A stretch of DNA of 64,000 nt from Nitrospirota bacterium (GTDB lineage Bacteria; Nitrospirota; Thermodesulfovibrionia; Thermodesulfovibrionales; Dissulfurispiraceae), in assembly GCA_040754455.1 (NCBI GenBank), contig JBFMCP010000001.1:192001-256000 (forward strand), read 5' to 3'. The notes under the pieces are model-generated. The model searched no databases, had not been told where the DNA came from, and worked only from the letters and a program-made list of their open reading frames with translations. The translations under genes and the position numbers were made by a program. This document shows, one piece after another, positions 18,102 through 27,176 of the stretch; position 1 is the stretch's first letter; every line of letters starts with the position of its first letter.

Positions 18102-20858
18102 CTACGACTTCTTCAGATACTTTCCGGTATACGATTTCGGCGCGTTTTTCAATTCTTCCGGTGTGCCTTCGAAGATGATCATGCCGCCTTTGTCGCCGCC
18201 TTCGGGGCCGAGGTCCACGATCCAGTCGGCTTGCTCGATAACGTCGAGGTTGTGTTCGATGACGACAACGGTGTTGCCGCCGTCGATGAGTTTGCGGATG
18301 ATGCGCATAAAGAGCATGACATCGTTGTAGTGAAGACCTACGGTCGGCTCATCGAGGATATAGAGGACGCCCCGTTCAAGCGCTCTGGAGTTTGTTGATA
18401 ACTCTGCGCAGATCTTCAACCGCTGCGCCTCTCCGCCTGAAAGCGTCGTCGCGGACTGCCCGAGCCGTATGTAGCCGAGGCCGATGTCGCGCATCAGGGC
18501 GAGCTTCTGCTTCACTTCCGGCACATCGGTGAAGAGCTCGAGGGCATCATCGACGGTCATGCTCAGCACATCGCTGATGCTCTTGCCGCGGTACTTCACC
18601 CGGAGCGCCTCAGGCTTGTAGCGCTTGCCCTTGCACTCTTCGCAGGTCACGAAGATGTCCTCGAAGAAGTACATCTCCATTCTCTGATATCCCTCGCCCT
18701 CGCATGCCTCGCACCTCCCGCCGGGAACATTGAAGGAGAAGAAGCCCGGCGAAAAGCCGTAGGCCTTTGCCTCCTGCTGCTGGGAGAAGAGCTTTCGGAT
18801 AGCATCAAAGACCTTGAGGTAGGTCATGGGGTTCGAACGCGGCGTTTTCCCGATGGGGCTCTGATCGATAAGCCGCACGCCTTTTATTCTTTCGAGTCCT
18901 TCTATCTTCTTATGCGGGAGCGGCTGCTCCGGCTCTATTCTGAAGTGGCGGGCGAGTGCATGATAGAGCGTTTCCACCACAAGGCTGCTCTTTCCCGATC
19001 CCGATACGCCGGTGACAACGGTCAATGCCTCAAGCGGAATCCTGAGCGTGACATTCTTGAGATTGTTGCCGGTGGCATTGTAGAGCATCAGCGAACGCTC
19101 TTCAGAGCGCAGCAGCTGTTCCTTGATCCGCTGATGAGCGGCATAATGATGACTGCCGTCGCCCCGCAGATAACGCGAGGTCAGCGTGTCCGTCTTCAGA
19201 AATTTATTCATGGGTCCGGAGAAGATGATCTCACCGCCCAGGTGTCCGCCGTAGGGACCGAGTTCCACCACCCAATCCGCGGATGAGATGATGTCCTTGT
19301 CATGCTCTACCACCACAATGGTATTGCCGAGCGATGCCAGCTCGCGCATGATCTCGGCGACCCTCTTCGTGTCCCTCGGGTGCAGACCTATGGTCGGCTC
19401 ATCGAGCACATAGAGCGTGCCGGTGAGCGCCGAGGCGAGCTGGTTCGAGAGATTCACCCTCTGGTACTCACCGCCCGAGAGCGTTTTCGCCTGCCTGCTC
19501 AGGGTCAGGTATTCCAGGCCGACGCGCTCGAGGAAGCGGAGCTTCATGATGATTTGCCGTAATGCCTCCTTGGCGATGTCCCGCTGCATGGGGGAGAGCT
19601 GAAGGTTCTTGAACCACTCGAGGGTCTGCGCTACCGGCAGTTCGGACAGCTGGGCGATATCGATGCCGTCTATCTTATAGGCGAGCGCCTGGTCGCAGAG
19701 CCGCTTCCCTTTGCATTTAGGACAGGTCACCGGGCTCCGGTACCTGCTCAGCAGTACCCGCACATGGAGTTTATAGCGCTTGCTCTCCATATCTTCGAAG
19801 AAACTATTAATGCCATAGAATTTTTCGTTGCCTTTGAAGAGTAGGCTCTTTTCCTGTTTGGTCAGTTCACTGAACGGCTTAGTGACATCGACGCCCGCGG
19901 CTTTGAGGCCCTTGATCATCTGGGTCTTCCACCATTTGTAGCCGGGCTTTTCCCAGAGATCGATCGCCCCCTTTGCGAGCGAGAGCGATGGATCAGGCAC
20001 AATGAGGTCCTCGTCGTAGATCAGGATATTGCCGAACCCCTTGCATTCGGGGCAGGCGCAGACAGGATGGTTGAAAGAGAAAAAGATCGGTGTCGGCTCG
20101 GGAAGCGAAATGTTGCACTCGTCGCAGGTGTTCTTCGAAGAGAATCTCAGCTCGATCATCTCCTGCGTCTCGTGCGCTTTGAGCACAATAACCTTCAGCC
20201 GCTCGTGACCCTCTTTCCATGCCATCTCGATAGAGTCCGACAGGCGCGGCTCGTTCCGCAGCACGAGCCGGTCGAGCACCACTTCGGTGGGGCCGGCATG
20301 GTCCCCGGGAAGATCGGCGATGTCCACCGCCTCTCCATTAAACCATACCCGGTGAAAGCCGCGCTGCCGCAGCATCTCGAGCGGTTCGGAGCTTTCGAAG
20401 ATGATCAGCGCCCTGCCGTTCTGGTGTTTTTCGAGGAGCTCGGCAACGATCTGCGTGGTGTCCCACCGCCTGATTTCTCTGCCGCACCGCGGGCAATAGG
20501 GAGTGGCAATCCGCGAGTAGAGTATTCTGAAGAGGTCATACAGCTCGGTAAGCGTCCCTACGGTAGAGCGTGAGCCTTTGACCGGGTTTTTCTGCTCCAA
20601 CGCTATAGCGGGACGTATATTATAGATCGCGTCGACATCGGGCCGGTCGAGCTTTTCAAGGAAGAGGCGCGCATAGGTGGACAGCGATTCGATGAAGCGC
20701 CACTGACCTTCGGCGAAGATGGTATCGAAGGCCAGCGAGGATTTCCCCGATCCTGAAACGCCTGTTACGACAATGACTTTATTATGGGGGAGCCGGAGCG
20801 TAATGTCCTTGAGGTTATTCTGTTTTGCCCCTTCAATGATTAACTCACGATTCGACAT
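18102..20858 (-). CDS. uvrA: Excinuclease ABC subunit A (UvrA family, probably a second paralog)
   Basis: Two GVSGSGKSS Walker A motifs, LSGGE signatures, CxxC zinc fingers. Confidence 0.93.
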   Translation of the reverse strand: MSNRELIIEGAKQNNLKDITLRLPHNKVIVVTGVSGSGKSSLAFDTIFAEGQWRFIESLSTYARLFLEKLDRPDVDAIYNIRPAIALEQKNPVKGSRSTVGTLTELYDLFRILYSRIATPYCPRCGREIRRWDTTQIVAELLEKHQNGRALIIFESSEPLEMLRQRGFHRVWFNGEAVDIADLPGDHAGPTEVVLDRLVLRNEPRLSDSIEMAWKEGHERLKVIVLKAHETQEMIELRFSSKNTCDECNISLPEPTPIFFSFNHPVCACPECKGFGNILIYDEDLIVPDPSLSLAKGAIDLWEKPGYKWWKTQMIKGLKAAGVDVTKPFSELTKQEKSLLFKGNEKFYGINSFFEDMESKRYKLHVRVLLSRYRSPVTCPKCKGKRLCDQALAYKIDGIDIAQLSELPVAQTLEWFKNLQLSPMQRDIAKEALRQIIMKLRFLERVGLEYLTLSRQAKTLSGGEYQRVNLSNQLASALTGTLYVLDEPTIGLHPRDTKRVAEIMRELASLGNTIVVVEHDKDIISSADWVVELGPYGGHLGGEIIFSGPMNKFLKTDTLTSRYLRGDGSHHYAAHQRIKEQLLRSEERSLMLYNATGNNLKNVTLRIPLEALTVVTGVSGSGKSSLVVETLYHALARHFRIEPEQPLPHKKIEGLERIKGVRLIDQSPIGKTPRSNPMTYLKVFDAIRKLFSQQQEAKAYGFSPGFFSFNVPGGRCEACEGEGYQRMEMYFFEDIFVTCEECKGKRYKPEALRVKYRGKSISDVLSMTVDDALELFTDVPEVKQKLALMRDIGLGYIRLGQSATTLSGGEAQRLKICAELSTNSRALERGVLYILDEPTVGLHYNDVMLFMRIIRKLIDGGNTVVVIEHNLDVIEQADWIVDLGPEGGDKGGMIIFEGTPEELKNAPKSYTGKYLKKS

Positions 20859-20949
20859 CCAGGTATTTTAACATTTTAACTCTAGTCGGAAAAACAAGAC
20901 GAGGCTCCATTGGAGGAAATGGCGCTCCGCTTTGTTTTATAATGAAAGG

Positions 20950-22026
20950 ATGCTGCAGTTGCTCAGAGATAAAATCCTTGCCGGGGAGAGGCTCACCAGG
21001 CAGGATGCCATAGAACTGTTCCGGAGTGATGATCTCTTCACCATGGGCAGGCTTGCCGCAAACATTGCAGAAAAATACAACGGCAGGAACGCCTATTTCA
21101 TCGTCAATCGGCACATCAACCCTACCAATATATGCATCAACCGTTGCAAGTTCTGCGCCTTCAGCCGTTCAAAGGGAGAAGAAGGGGCCTTCGAGCTTAC
21201 CATCGAAGATATCCTTGCAAAGCTCGACGCAGCCTTCAAAAGCGCGCATCATATTACCGAAGTCCACATTGTGGGAGGGCTGCACCCCGACTGGCCCTTC
21301 GAACACTATCTTGATATGCTCAGAGCAATAAGAGCAAAGTATCCCACTCTCGCGATCAAGGCCTTTACTGCGGTCGAAATCGATTACATGGCAAAGAGCA
21401 GCGGTCTTACCGTAACAGACACCCTAAAGGCCCTCAAAAACAGCGGCCTCGAACTCATGCCCGGCGGCGGAGCGGAAATCTTTGCTGAAGAGATACGGAA
21501 CAAGCTCTGCCCTGAAAAGATATCGGGCAGGCGGTGGCGTGAGATCATGGAGGCGGCGCACAGCGTCGGCATAAAGACCAATGCCACCATGCTCTATGGT
21601 CATCTCGAGAGCATCGAGGACCGGGTCGACCACCTCATGCTGCTGAGGGAGGTGCAGGACAGGACCGGCGGATTCCAGGCTTTTATTCCACTCGCTTATC
21701 ATCCGAAGAACACCGAAATCGGCGGATGGTATTCATCCGGCATCGATGACCTGAAGACCATCGCCGTCAGCAGGCTGGTGCTCGACAACTTTGCCCACAT
21801 CAAGGCCTACTGGATCATGCTCGGCGAAAAGATCTCACAGGTCGCTCTGCTCTTCGGCGCCGACGATATCGACGGCACGATCATCGAAGAGAAGATCACC
21901 CATATGGCGGGGGCCATGACCGGCGAGGGAATGGCAAAAGACGAGCTGATCGGCCTCATCAAAAAAGCCGGCAAAATCCCGGTCGAGCGCGATGCCTTTT
22001 ACCAGCGCATAAAAGTTTATGAATAA
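20950..22026 (+). CDS. mqnE: Aminofutalosine synthase (radical SAM)
   Basis: NRHINPTNICINRCKFCAF, EVHIVGGLHP, MPGGGAEIF, HIKAYWIMLG. Confidence 0.9.
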   Translation: MLQLLRDKILAGERLTRQDAIELFRSDDLFTMGRLAANIAEKYNGRNAYFIVNRHINPTNICINRCKFCAFSRSKGEEGAFELTIEDILAKLDAAFKSAHHITEVHIVGGLHPDWPFEHYLDMLRAIRAKYPTLAIKAFTAVEIDYMAKSSGLTVTDTLKALKNSGLELMPGGGAEIFAEEIRNKLCPEKISGRRWREIMEAAHSVGIKTNATMLYGHLESIEDRVDHLMLLREVQDRTGGFQAFIPLAYHPKNTEIGGWYSSGIDDLKTIAVSRLVLDNFAHIKAYWIMLGEKISQVALLFGADDIDGTIIEEKITHMAGAMTGEGMAKDELIGLIKKAGKIPVERDAFYQRIKVYE

Positions 22027-23107
22027 CATTACACAAAGAATAGATAAACAGACCGCATTAGACCTTTTGAAAAATGCCGATTTGCTTGACCTCGGTGCAC
22101 AAGCTGATACCATCAGAAAAGACCTGCACCCGGAGGGAGTGGTCACCTTTGTTGTCGACCGGAATATCAACTATACCAACGTCTGCATCAACCAGTGTAC
22201 GTTCTGCGCCTTCTACCGGTCGGCAGACAGCCCCGATGCCTATATCCTCTCCAGAGAGGAGATATTCAAGAAGATCGACGAGACGATCGCTCTCGGCGGC
22301 ACGCAGATCCTCCTGCAGGGAGGCCTTCATCCCGATCTGGATTTGGAATACTATGTCGACCTTTTGAGGTCAATCAAGGAACGCTATACGATCAATGTCC
22401 ACGGCTTTTCCCCACCGGAAATCACCTATCTCGCCCAAAAGCATCACCTCACGATCAGGGAGGCGCTGACCGTGCTCAGACAAGCCGGGCTCGACTCCAT
22501 CCCCGGAGGCGGCGCTGAAATGCTCTCCGACAGGGTACGGGAAGTACTGAGCCCCAAGAAGATAAAGTCTTCCCAATGGTTGAAAGTCATGGAGGAGGCA
22601 CACAAGATCGGGATGCGGACCACGGCCACCATGATGTTCGGGAGCATTGAGGGTCCCGAAGATATCATCGACCACCTCGATGCTCTTAGAAGCCTCCAGG
22701 ACAGGACCGGCGGGTTCACCGCGTTCATTCCCTGGTCATTCCAGCCTGGCAACACGGAACTCTTAAAACAGAATTCGGGGGCCGGGAGCCAGAAGTCAGG
22801 AGCTCAATCAAAAATCAACACTGCTACTGCTGTTGATTATTTGAGAGTGCTCGCCCTCTCACGGATGTACCTCGACAATATTAAGAATATCCAGGCATCA
22901 TGGGTCACCCAGGGGCTGAAGCTCGCCCAGGTTGCCCTTCGCTTCGGCGCCAATGACTTCGGCTCGACCATGATCGAAGAGAATGTAGTAAGGGCCGCAG
23001 GGGTAAGTTACACGGTATCGAAGGAAGATATCATTCAGGCGATCAAGGGCGCCGGGTTCAAAGCAGCGCAGCGGGATACCTACTACACGATCCTGCAGAA
23101 TTTCTAA
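22019..23107 (+). CDS. mqnC: Cyclic dehypoxanthinyl futalosine synthase (radical SAM)
   Basis: VDRNINYTNVC...CTFCAF, QGGLHP, IQASWVTQG, GANDFGSTMIEENVV. Confidence 0.92.
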   Translation: MNNITQRIDKQTALDLLKNADLLDLGAQADTIRKDLHPEGVVTFVVDRNINYTNVCINQCTFCAFYRSADSPDAYILSREEIFKKIDETIALGGTQILLQGGLHPDLDLEYYVDLLRSIKERYTINVHGFSPPEITYLAQKHHLTIREALTVLRQAGLDSIPGGGAEMLSDRVREVLSPKKIKSSQWLKVMEEAHKIGMRTTATMMFGSIEGPEDIIDHLDALRSLQDRTGGFTAFIPWSFQPGNTELLKQNSGAGSQKSGAQSKINTATAVDYLRVLALSRMYLDNIKNIQASWVTQGLKLAQVALRFGANDFGSTMIEENVVRAAGVSYTVSKEDIIQAIKGAGFKAAQRDTYYTILQNF

Positions 23108-23172
23108 GCTTCTTTCCGCCCCCTCCCTGCCTTCATTGTGCATGTCCTGTTTTGATGCGTCTGCCCTGAGAA
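23106..23172 (-). mobile_element. 5'-end fragment of the dispersed MITE-like element
   Basis: Minus strand CAGGACATGCACAATGAAGGCAGGGAGGGGGCGGAAAGAAGCTT versus copy 2 TAGGACATGCGCGATGAAGTCAGGAAGGAGTACGGAAAGGAGCTT. Confidence 0.7.
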
Positions 23173-23252
23173 TGCTCTGCGCTGGACTGAACAAAGGAGA
23201 TACAATACGCTATAATATATCCACCTTTATTTCCCCGTTTCCAGGAGGTCGT

Positions 23253-24197
23253 ATGTCTGATACTCTCTATGATGTGATCATCATCGGCGGCGGGCCCGCC
23301 GGCCTCAGTGCAGCACAGTACGCAGCACGGGCCAAGATGAAGACCGTTGTCCTCGATAAATCAGCTACTGCAGGCGCCCTCGCCTTCGCAAGCCTGATAG
23401 AAAACTACCCGGGCATCGAAACCCCTTTGTCCGGCAAGGAACTGCTCGATATTTTCCGCAGACAGGCCATCGGCTTTGGCGCGGAGTATGTCGAGGCCCA
23501 GGTAATCGGTGCTGCTCTCCAAGGGGAGACTAAGGAGGTCTTTACCATGGAGAAGACCTACCAGGGCAAGACGGTGATTATCGCCACCGGCTCCATGGGA
23601 AGAAAGGCGACCATCAAGGGCGAGGCGGAATTCCTCGGCAGGGGTGTCAGCTATTGCGCCATCTGCGATGCCGCGTTCTACCGCGGCAAGACCGTCTGCG
23701 TCCTCGGGGATTCCGAAGAGGCGGTAAAAGAAGCGGGGCTGCTCACCCGTTTCGCCGAAACAGTGTACCTCATCGCCCCCTCACAGAAGTTGAAAGTGGC
23801 GGAAGACAATCCCACGCTCGCCATTCAAAACCTGAAAGTGATCCTCGGCCACACCACCACCGCTATCGAAGGTGCCGAGGTCGTAGAGAAGGTGCGCCTC
23901 AAAGATGCACAGGGGAGGGAGACGACGCTCGCTCTCGACGGCGTCTTCGTCTATCTGCACGGAAGCAAACCCATCATCGATTTTCTGCAAGGGGCGGTCG
24001 AGGTCAGCGAGGATGGGTGCATTGCGACCAATAAAATGACCGAGACCTCTCTTCCCGGCGTCTTCAGCGCGGGTGATGTGACCTGCACCGAGGTCAGACA
24101 GGTCATCATTGCCGCAGCGCAGGGATGCATCGCAGCCCTCTCTGCGGAAAAGCATGTCTTCCACCGGAAGAGAAGAAAATTCGACTGGCACGGATAG
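23253..24197 (+). CDS. trxB: Flavin thioredoxin reductase, probably NADPH-independent (FFTR/DTR-like)
   Basis: GGGPAG, IENYPG, GRGVSYCAICD. Lacks GGGxxA and HRR NADPH motifs. Ends in FDWHG. Confidence 0.85.
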   Translation: MSDTLYDVIIIGGGPAGLSAAQYAARAKMKTVVLDKSATAGALAFASLIENYPGIETPLSGKELLDIFRRQAIGFGAEYVEAQVIGAALQGETKEVFTMEKTYQGKTVIIATGSMGRKATIKGEAEFLGRGVSYCAICDAAFYRGKTVCVLGDSEEAVKEAGLLTRFAETVYLIAPSQKLKVAEDNPTLAIQNLKVILGHTTTAIEGAEVVEKVRLKDAQGRETTLALDGVFVYLHGSKPIIDFLQGAVEVSEDGCIATNKMTETSLPGVFSAGDVTCTEVRQVIIAAAQGCIAALSAEKHVFHRKRRKFDWHG

Positions 24198-24224
24198 CAT
24201 AACCGGTGAATGGGTGAAAAGGGA

Positions 24225-24617
24225 ATGGAATATACCGAACTGAAAAAAATGGTGCTCGACTATATGGAGAAGGGATTCCTCGAAAATATCATCGATATGT
24301 TCAAGCACGATGCGTCCCTCTATCCGCTGATCATCGATATGATACGGGACGAACGGATTAGGGTCCGGCTGGGGGTAACAGCGCTCGTCGAAGAACTGGC
24401 AAAGGTAAAGCCCGAACCGCTCATCAGGCTCATCCCCGATATTGCCTCTCTCTTACAGGACGTGAACCCCACGGTCCGCGGCGACGGTGCAAACCTTCTG
24501 GATATCATCAAGCATAAAGATGCGCTCCCTTATCTGCTGAATGCCGAGAGCGACGAGGACGATGATGTCAGAATGATCGTGCGCGAAGCAATCAAAGAGA
24601 TCAGCGGGCTCAATTAG
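24225..24617 (+). CDS. HEAT-repeat protein
   Basis: DERIRVR.G, DVNPTVRGDGANLL, ALPYL...DDDVR repeats. Confidence 0.75.
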   Translation: MEYTELKKMVLDYMEKGFLENIIDMFKHDASLYPLIIDMIRDERIRVRLGVTALVEELAKVKPEPLIRLIPDIASLLQDVNPTVRGDGANLLDIIKHKDALPYLLNAESDEDDDVRMIVREAIKEISGLN

Positions 24618-24637
24618 ATAGCTACGACAGCGACTAC

Positions 24638-24808
24638 GGGACTTACGCGACGCGGGCAGGAACGGGCACTCCAAGAAGCTTTCTCATGCGCCTTTATTCT
24701 ATATCGATATGCCTCACCTCTCAATTAAAGAGCAGTTATCAAGAATGTGAGGTCTTGGTGGAAGTAGAAGGAAGCGCTAAAAAGCTTCTTTCCGCACCCA
24801 TTCCTGCC
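24638..24808 (-). mobile_element. Dispersed nested-inverted-repeat (MITE-like) element, copy 3
   Basis: Minus strand GGCAGGAATGGGTGCGGAAAGAAGCTT...CTTCCACCAAGACCTCA...GCGCATGAGAAAGCTTCTTGGAGTGCCCGTTCCTGCC..CGCGTAAGTCC. Confidence 0.8.
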
Positions 24809-24817
24809 TTTCTTCCC

Positions 24818-25501
24818 CTAGTCGAGTTTCAGCGCCTTCAGGAAATTCTCTGTATCAGACAGCGTCTCGAACACCACATCCGCCCCTGCCTGCAGAAGAG
24901 CATCGATGGAATAAGGGCCGGTGGCTACCGCAATACAGAATGCGCCGTAGGGCTTTGCGCAATAGACATCCCGCGGCGTATCGCCCACGATGACGCAGTC
25001 TTTGAAATCTATGGGGTGACCGGCCCTCTGCTCAAACCGTTCCCGAGCGACAGGGAGCAGCTTGTTCCTATCCTCATCATCATCGCCGAACGCACCGAAA
25101 GAAAAATAATCGTTTAAGCTGAAGGCCCCTAGCTTTATCCGCGCACCACGCTCGATGTTGCCGGTCAAAAGCCCCAGCTGGCAGGCTTCGTTCATTCCGT
25201 TCAGATGTTCAATGGCCTCCCGGATGCCGGGCTTGAGATGCCTGTTGCTATTAGAAATTTCAGCCCCGAGGTATCTTACATATGCGTTCACAAATTGAGG
25301 GACTAGTCCGTTATCGGTCGGAAATCCGTGTTTCCCAAGGCATTCTTTAATAATCTGCAGGTCCGTCTTGCCTGCCATGCTGATGCCTCTGAACGCATCA
25401 TCAATCGAGAAGACTTCTCTGAAGGCCAGGTCCATAGAACGTGTCCCAGCCCCGCCGGAGTCCATAATCGTACCGTCGATATCAAACAGTATCAGTTTCA
25501 T
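24818..25501 (-). CDS. HAD-superfamily hydrolase (phosphoglycolate phosphatase-like)
   Basis: LFDIDGT, LLTGN, VGDTPRD motifs. Confidence 0.9.
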   Translation of the reverse strand: MKLILFDIDGTIMDSGGAGTRSMDLAFREVFSIDDAFRGISMAGKTDLQIIKECLGKHGFPTDNGLVPQFVNAYVRYLGAEISNSNRHLKPGIREAIEHLNGMNEACQLGLLTGNIERGARIKLGAFSLNDYFSFGAFGDDDEDRNKLLPVARERFEQRAGHPIDFKDCVIVGDTPRDVYCAKPYGAFCIAVATGPYSIDALLQAGADVVFETLSDTENFLKALKLD

Positions 25502-25605
25502 TTATCTAAAATACCGGTTGTCTAAAGAGCAAGTCAAATAACGCTGCTCCACGTACCGTCCCGATTTGCTATAATATCGGACCTCCCTAAAACGAAAGGA
25601 ATGCG

Positions 25606-26193
25606 ATGAAGGAGCGACTGACTCGACTCATTTACGACAAGGCATTTAAATACAGCAAAGAGCCGGTATTCAAGTTGGTTTCGGGACGCATGAGCAATTA
25701 CTATTTCAACTGCAAGGCCGTCACGCTTCACCCCGAGGGCATGTACCTCATCGGGAATATCATCTTCGAGATGATCAAGGATCTGCCGGTGAACGGTATC
25801 GGCGGTCTTACCCTCGGCGCTGATCCCATAGCTGACGCCGTCGCTTATACGTCGTATCTCAAGAAAAAACCTATTGAAGCATTCGTCGTCAGAAAAACCG
25901 CCAAGAGCCATGGTACCATGCAGTGGATTGAAGGAAATGTGAAATCGGGCGATAAGGTAATCATTGTCGATGACGTAATCACCACGGGGAAATCGACCAT
26001 TGAAGCGATTACAAAGGCGAAGGAGGCAGGCCTGGAAATCATCAAAGTCATTGCCCTTGTCGATAGACAGGAGGGCGGCTATGAGGCGGTGCAGGAAAGC
26101 ATTAAAGAAATAAATGTTCCTTACAACCTCGTCGAGGCCGTCGTTACGAGAGAAGATGTCATGGCATTATACCGGAACGACAATCCCGCCTGA
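25606..26193 (+). CDS. pyrE: Orotate phosphoribosyltransferase
   Basis: FKLVSG..S.YY, GGLTLGADP, VRK..K.HG, VDDVITTGKS. Confidence 0.93.
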   Translation: MKERLTRLIYDKAFKYSKEPVFKLVSGRMSNYYFNCKAVTLHPEGMYLIGNIIFEMIKDLPVNGIGGLTLGADPIADAVAYTSYLKKKPIEAFVVRKTAKSHGTMQWIEGNVKSGDKVIIVDDVITTGKSTIEAITKAKEAGLEIIKVIALVDRQEGGYEAVQESIKEINVPYNLVEAVVTREDVMALYRNDNPA

Positions 26194-26289
26194 TTTTACA
26201 AAATTGACCGGATAGTCGATAATTCATCGCTGTTATTAAACGGTGTGTGCCAAATCGGGGGGGGGCGGGTGACTGTTGTTTCGTTTTTC

Positions 26290-26385
26290 TTCTTTAGGTC
26301 TTCGAAGTCGTATCATGTCATGCTGCTTGTTGCCGTCGCCGTGCTGCCCGCCCTTGTGCTCCTCGATGTCATAATGCCGATTCCC
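26290..26385 (+). pseudogene. Remnant of a response-regulator receiver domain
   Basis: Translates to ...AVAVLPALVLLDVIMP, resembling the receiver PDLVLLDxxMP motif. No intact gene. Confidence 0.35.
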
Positions 26386-26402
26386 AAACTCCAAAGTTCA
26401 AA

Positions 26403-27098
26403 TCACCGCTCGATAACTCTCTCTAAAAAAAACCTCTGTACATTCTCGGAGGCCTTTAGGATATCGTTCTTATTGAGCGGTGTCGCCGTTCTGTCCTCAA
26501 TGATATTGCTGATCCCCCTCACTTCTGCTACGGGAATTCCGTTCAAAGCGCATATGTGGGCGACGGCAGCGCCTTCCATGCTCTCGCAGACCGCATGGAA
26601 GCGCTGTTCAAGTGCATATCCCCGTTCCAGCGTGCCGCTGCAGGAAGAGACCGTCACAAAATTTCCGCGAGGGGTGAAATTCCCGAGGGCGTCAGGAACC
26701 ACGAGGGGGAATTCGTTGTAAAAGGCATGCTCAGGGGCAGAGAGGAGCGGTAGCCGGAGGGTTTCCATTGTGCAAAAACTACCCCTGAGTGCCAATCCTT
26801 CATCACCATAGATATCCCTTTCAGCCACTGCAATATCTCCGACACCCAATCCAGATGAGGGATAAGCACCTGCGACGCCGATGGAATATACGAATCCGGG
26901 CTTGCATTTCTCGACCAGGAGTGTCGTTCCGTGGGCGGCATTGGCCTTCCCGATGCCGCAGATGCAGATCACCGTCTCCTTACCTTTCAGTGCACCTCGA
27001 TAGAATATCTTATGTTGAAACAACAGTCGTTCTTTTCCGGCTAGCCGGCCGAGCAGGAGGTCCGCTTCAATCTCTGTCGAGACGACAATGCCTATCAT
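26403..27098 (-). CDS. mqnB: Futalosine hydrolase
   Basis: GIGKANAA, GVAGAY, TVSSCSGT, ESMEGAAVAH, EVRGISN. Confidence 0.88.
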   Translation of the reverse strand: MIGIVVSTEIEADLLLGRLAGKERLLFQHKIFYRGALKGKETVICICGIGKANAAHGTTLLVEKCKPGFVYSIGVAGAYPSSGLGVGDIAVAERDIYGDEGLALRGSFCTMETLRLPLLSAPEHAFYNEFPLVVPDALGNFTPRGNFVTVSSCSGTLERGYALEQRFHAVCESMEGAAVAHICALNGIPVAEVRGISNIIEDRTATPLNKNDILKASENVQRFFLERVIER

Positions 27099-27176
27099 GA
27101 AAGATTCAAAAGGCAAAGAGAAAAGGTAAACAACGGAGCTCCGGAATTTTTAATTTTTCTTTTTAAATTTTTCATG

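Noticed and set aside
17773..18330. 185 aa ORF downstream of the collagen-like gene
   Set aside because: It reads through a palindromic repeat and antisense into uvrA, with no RBS or motif.
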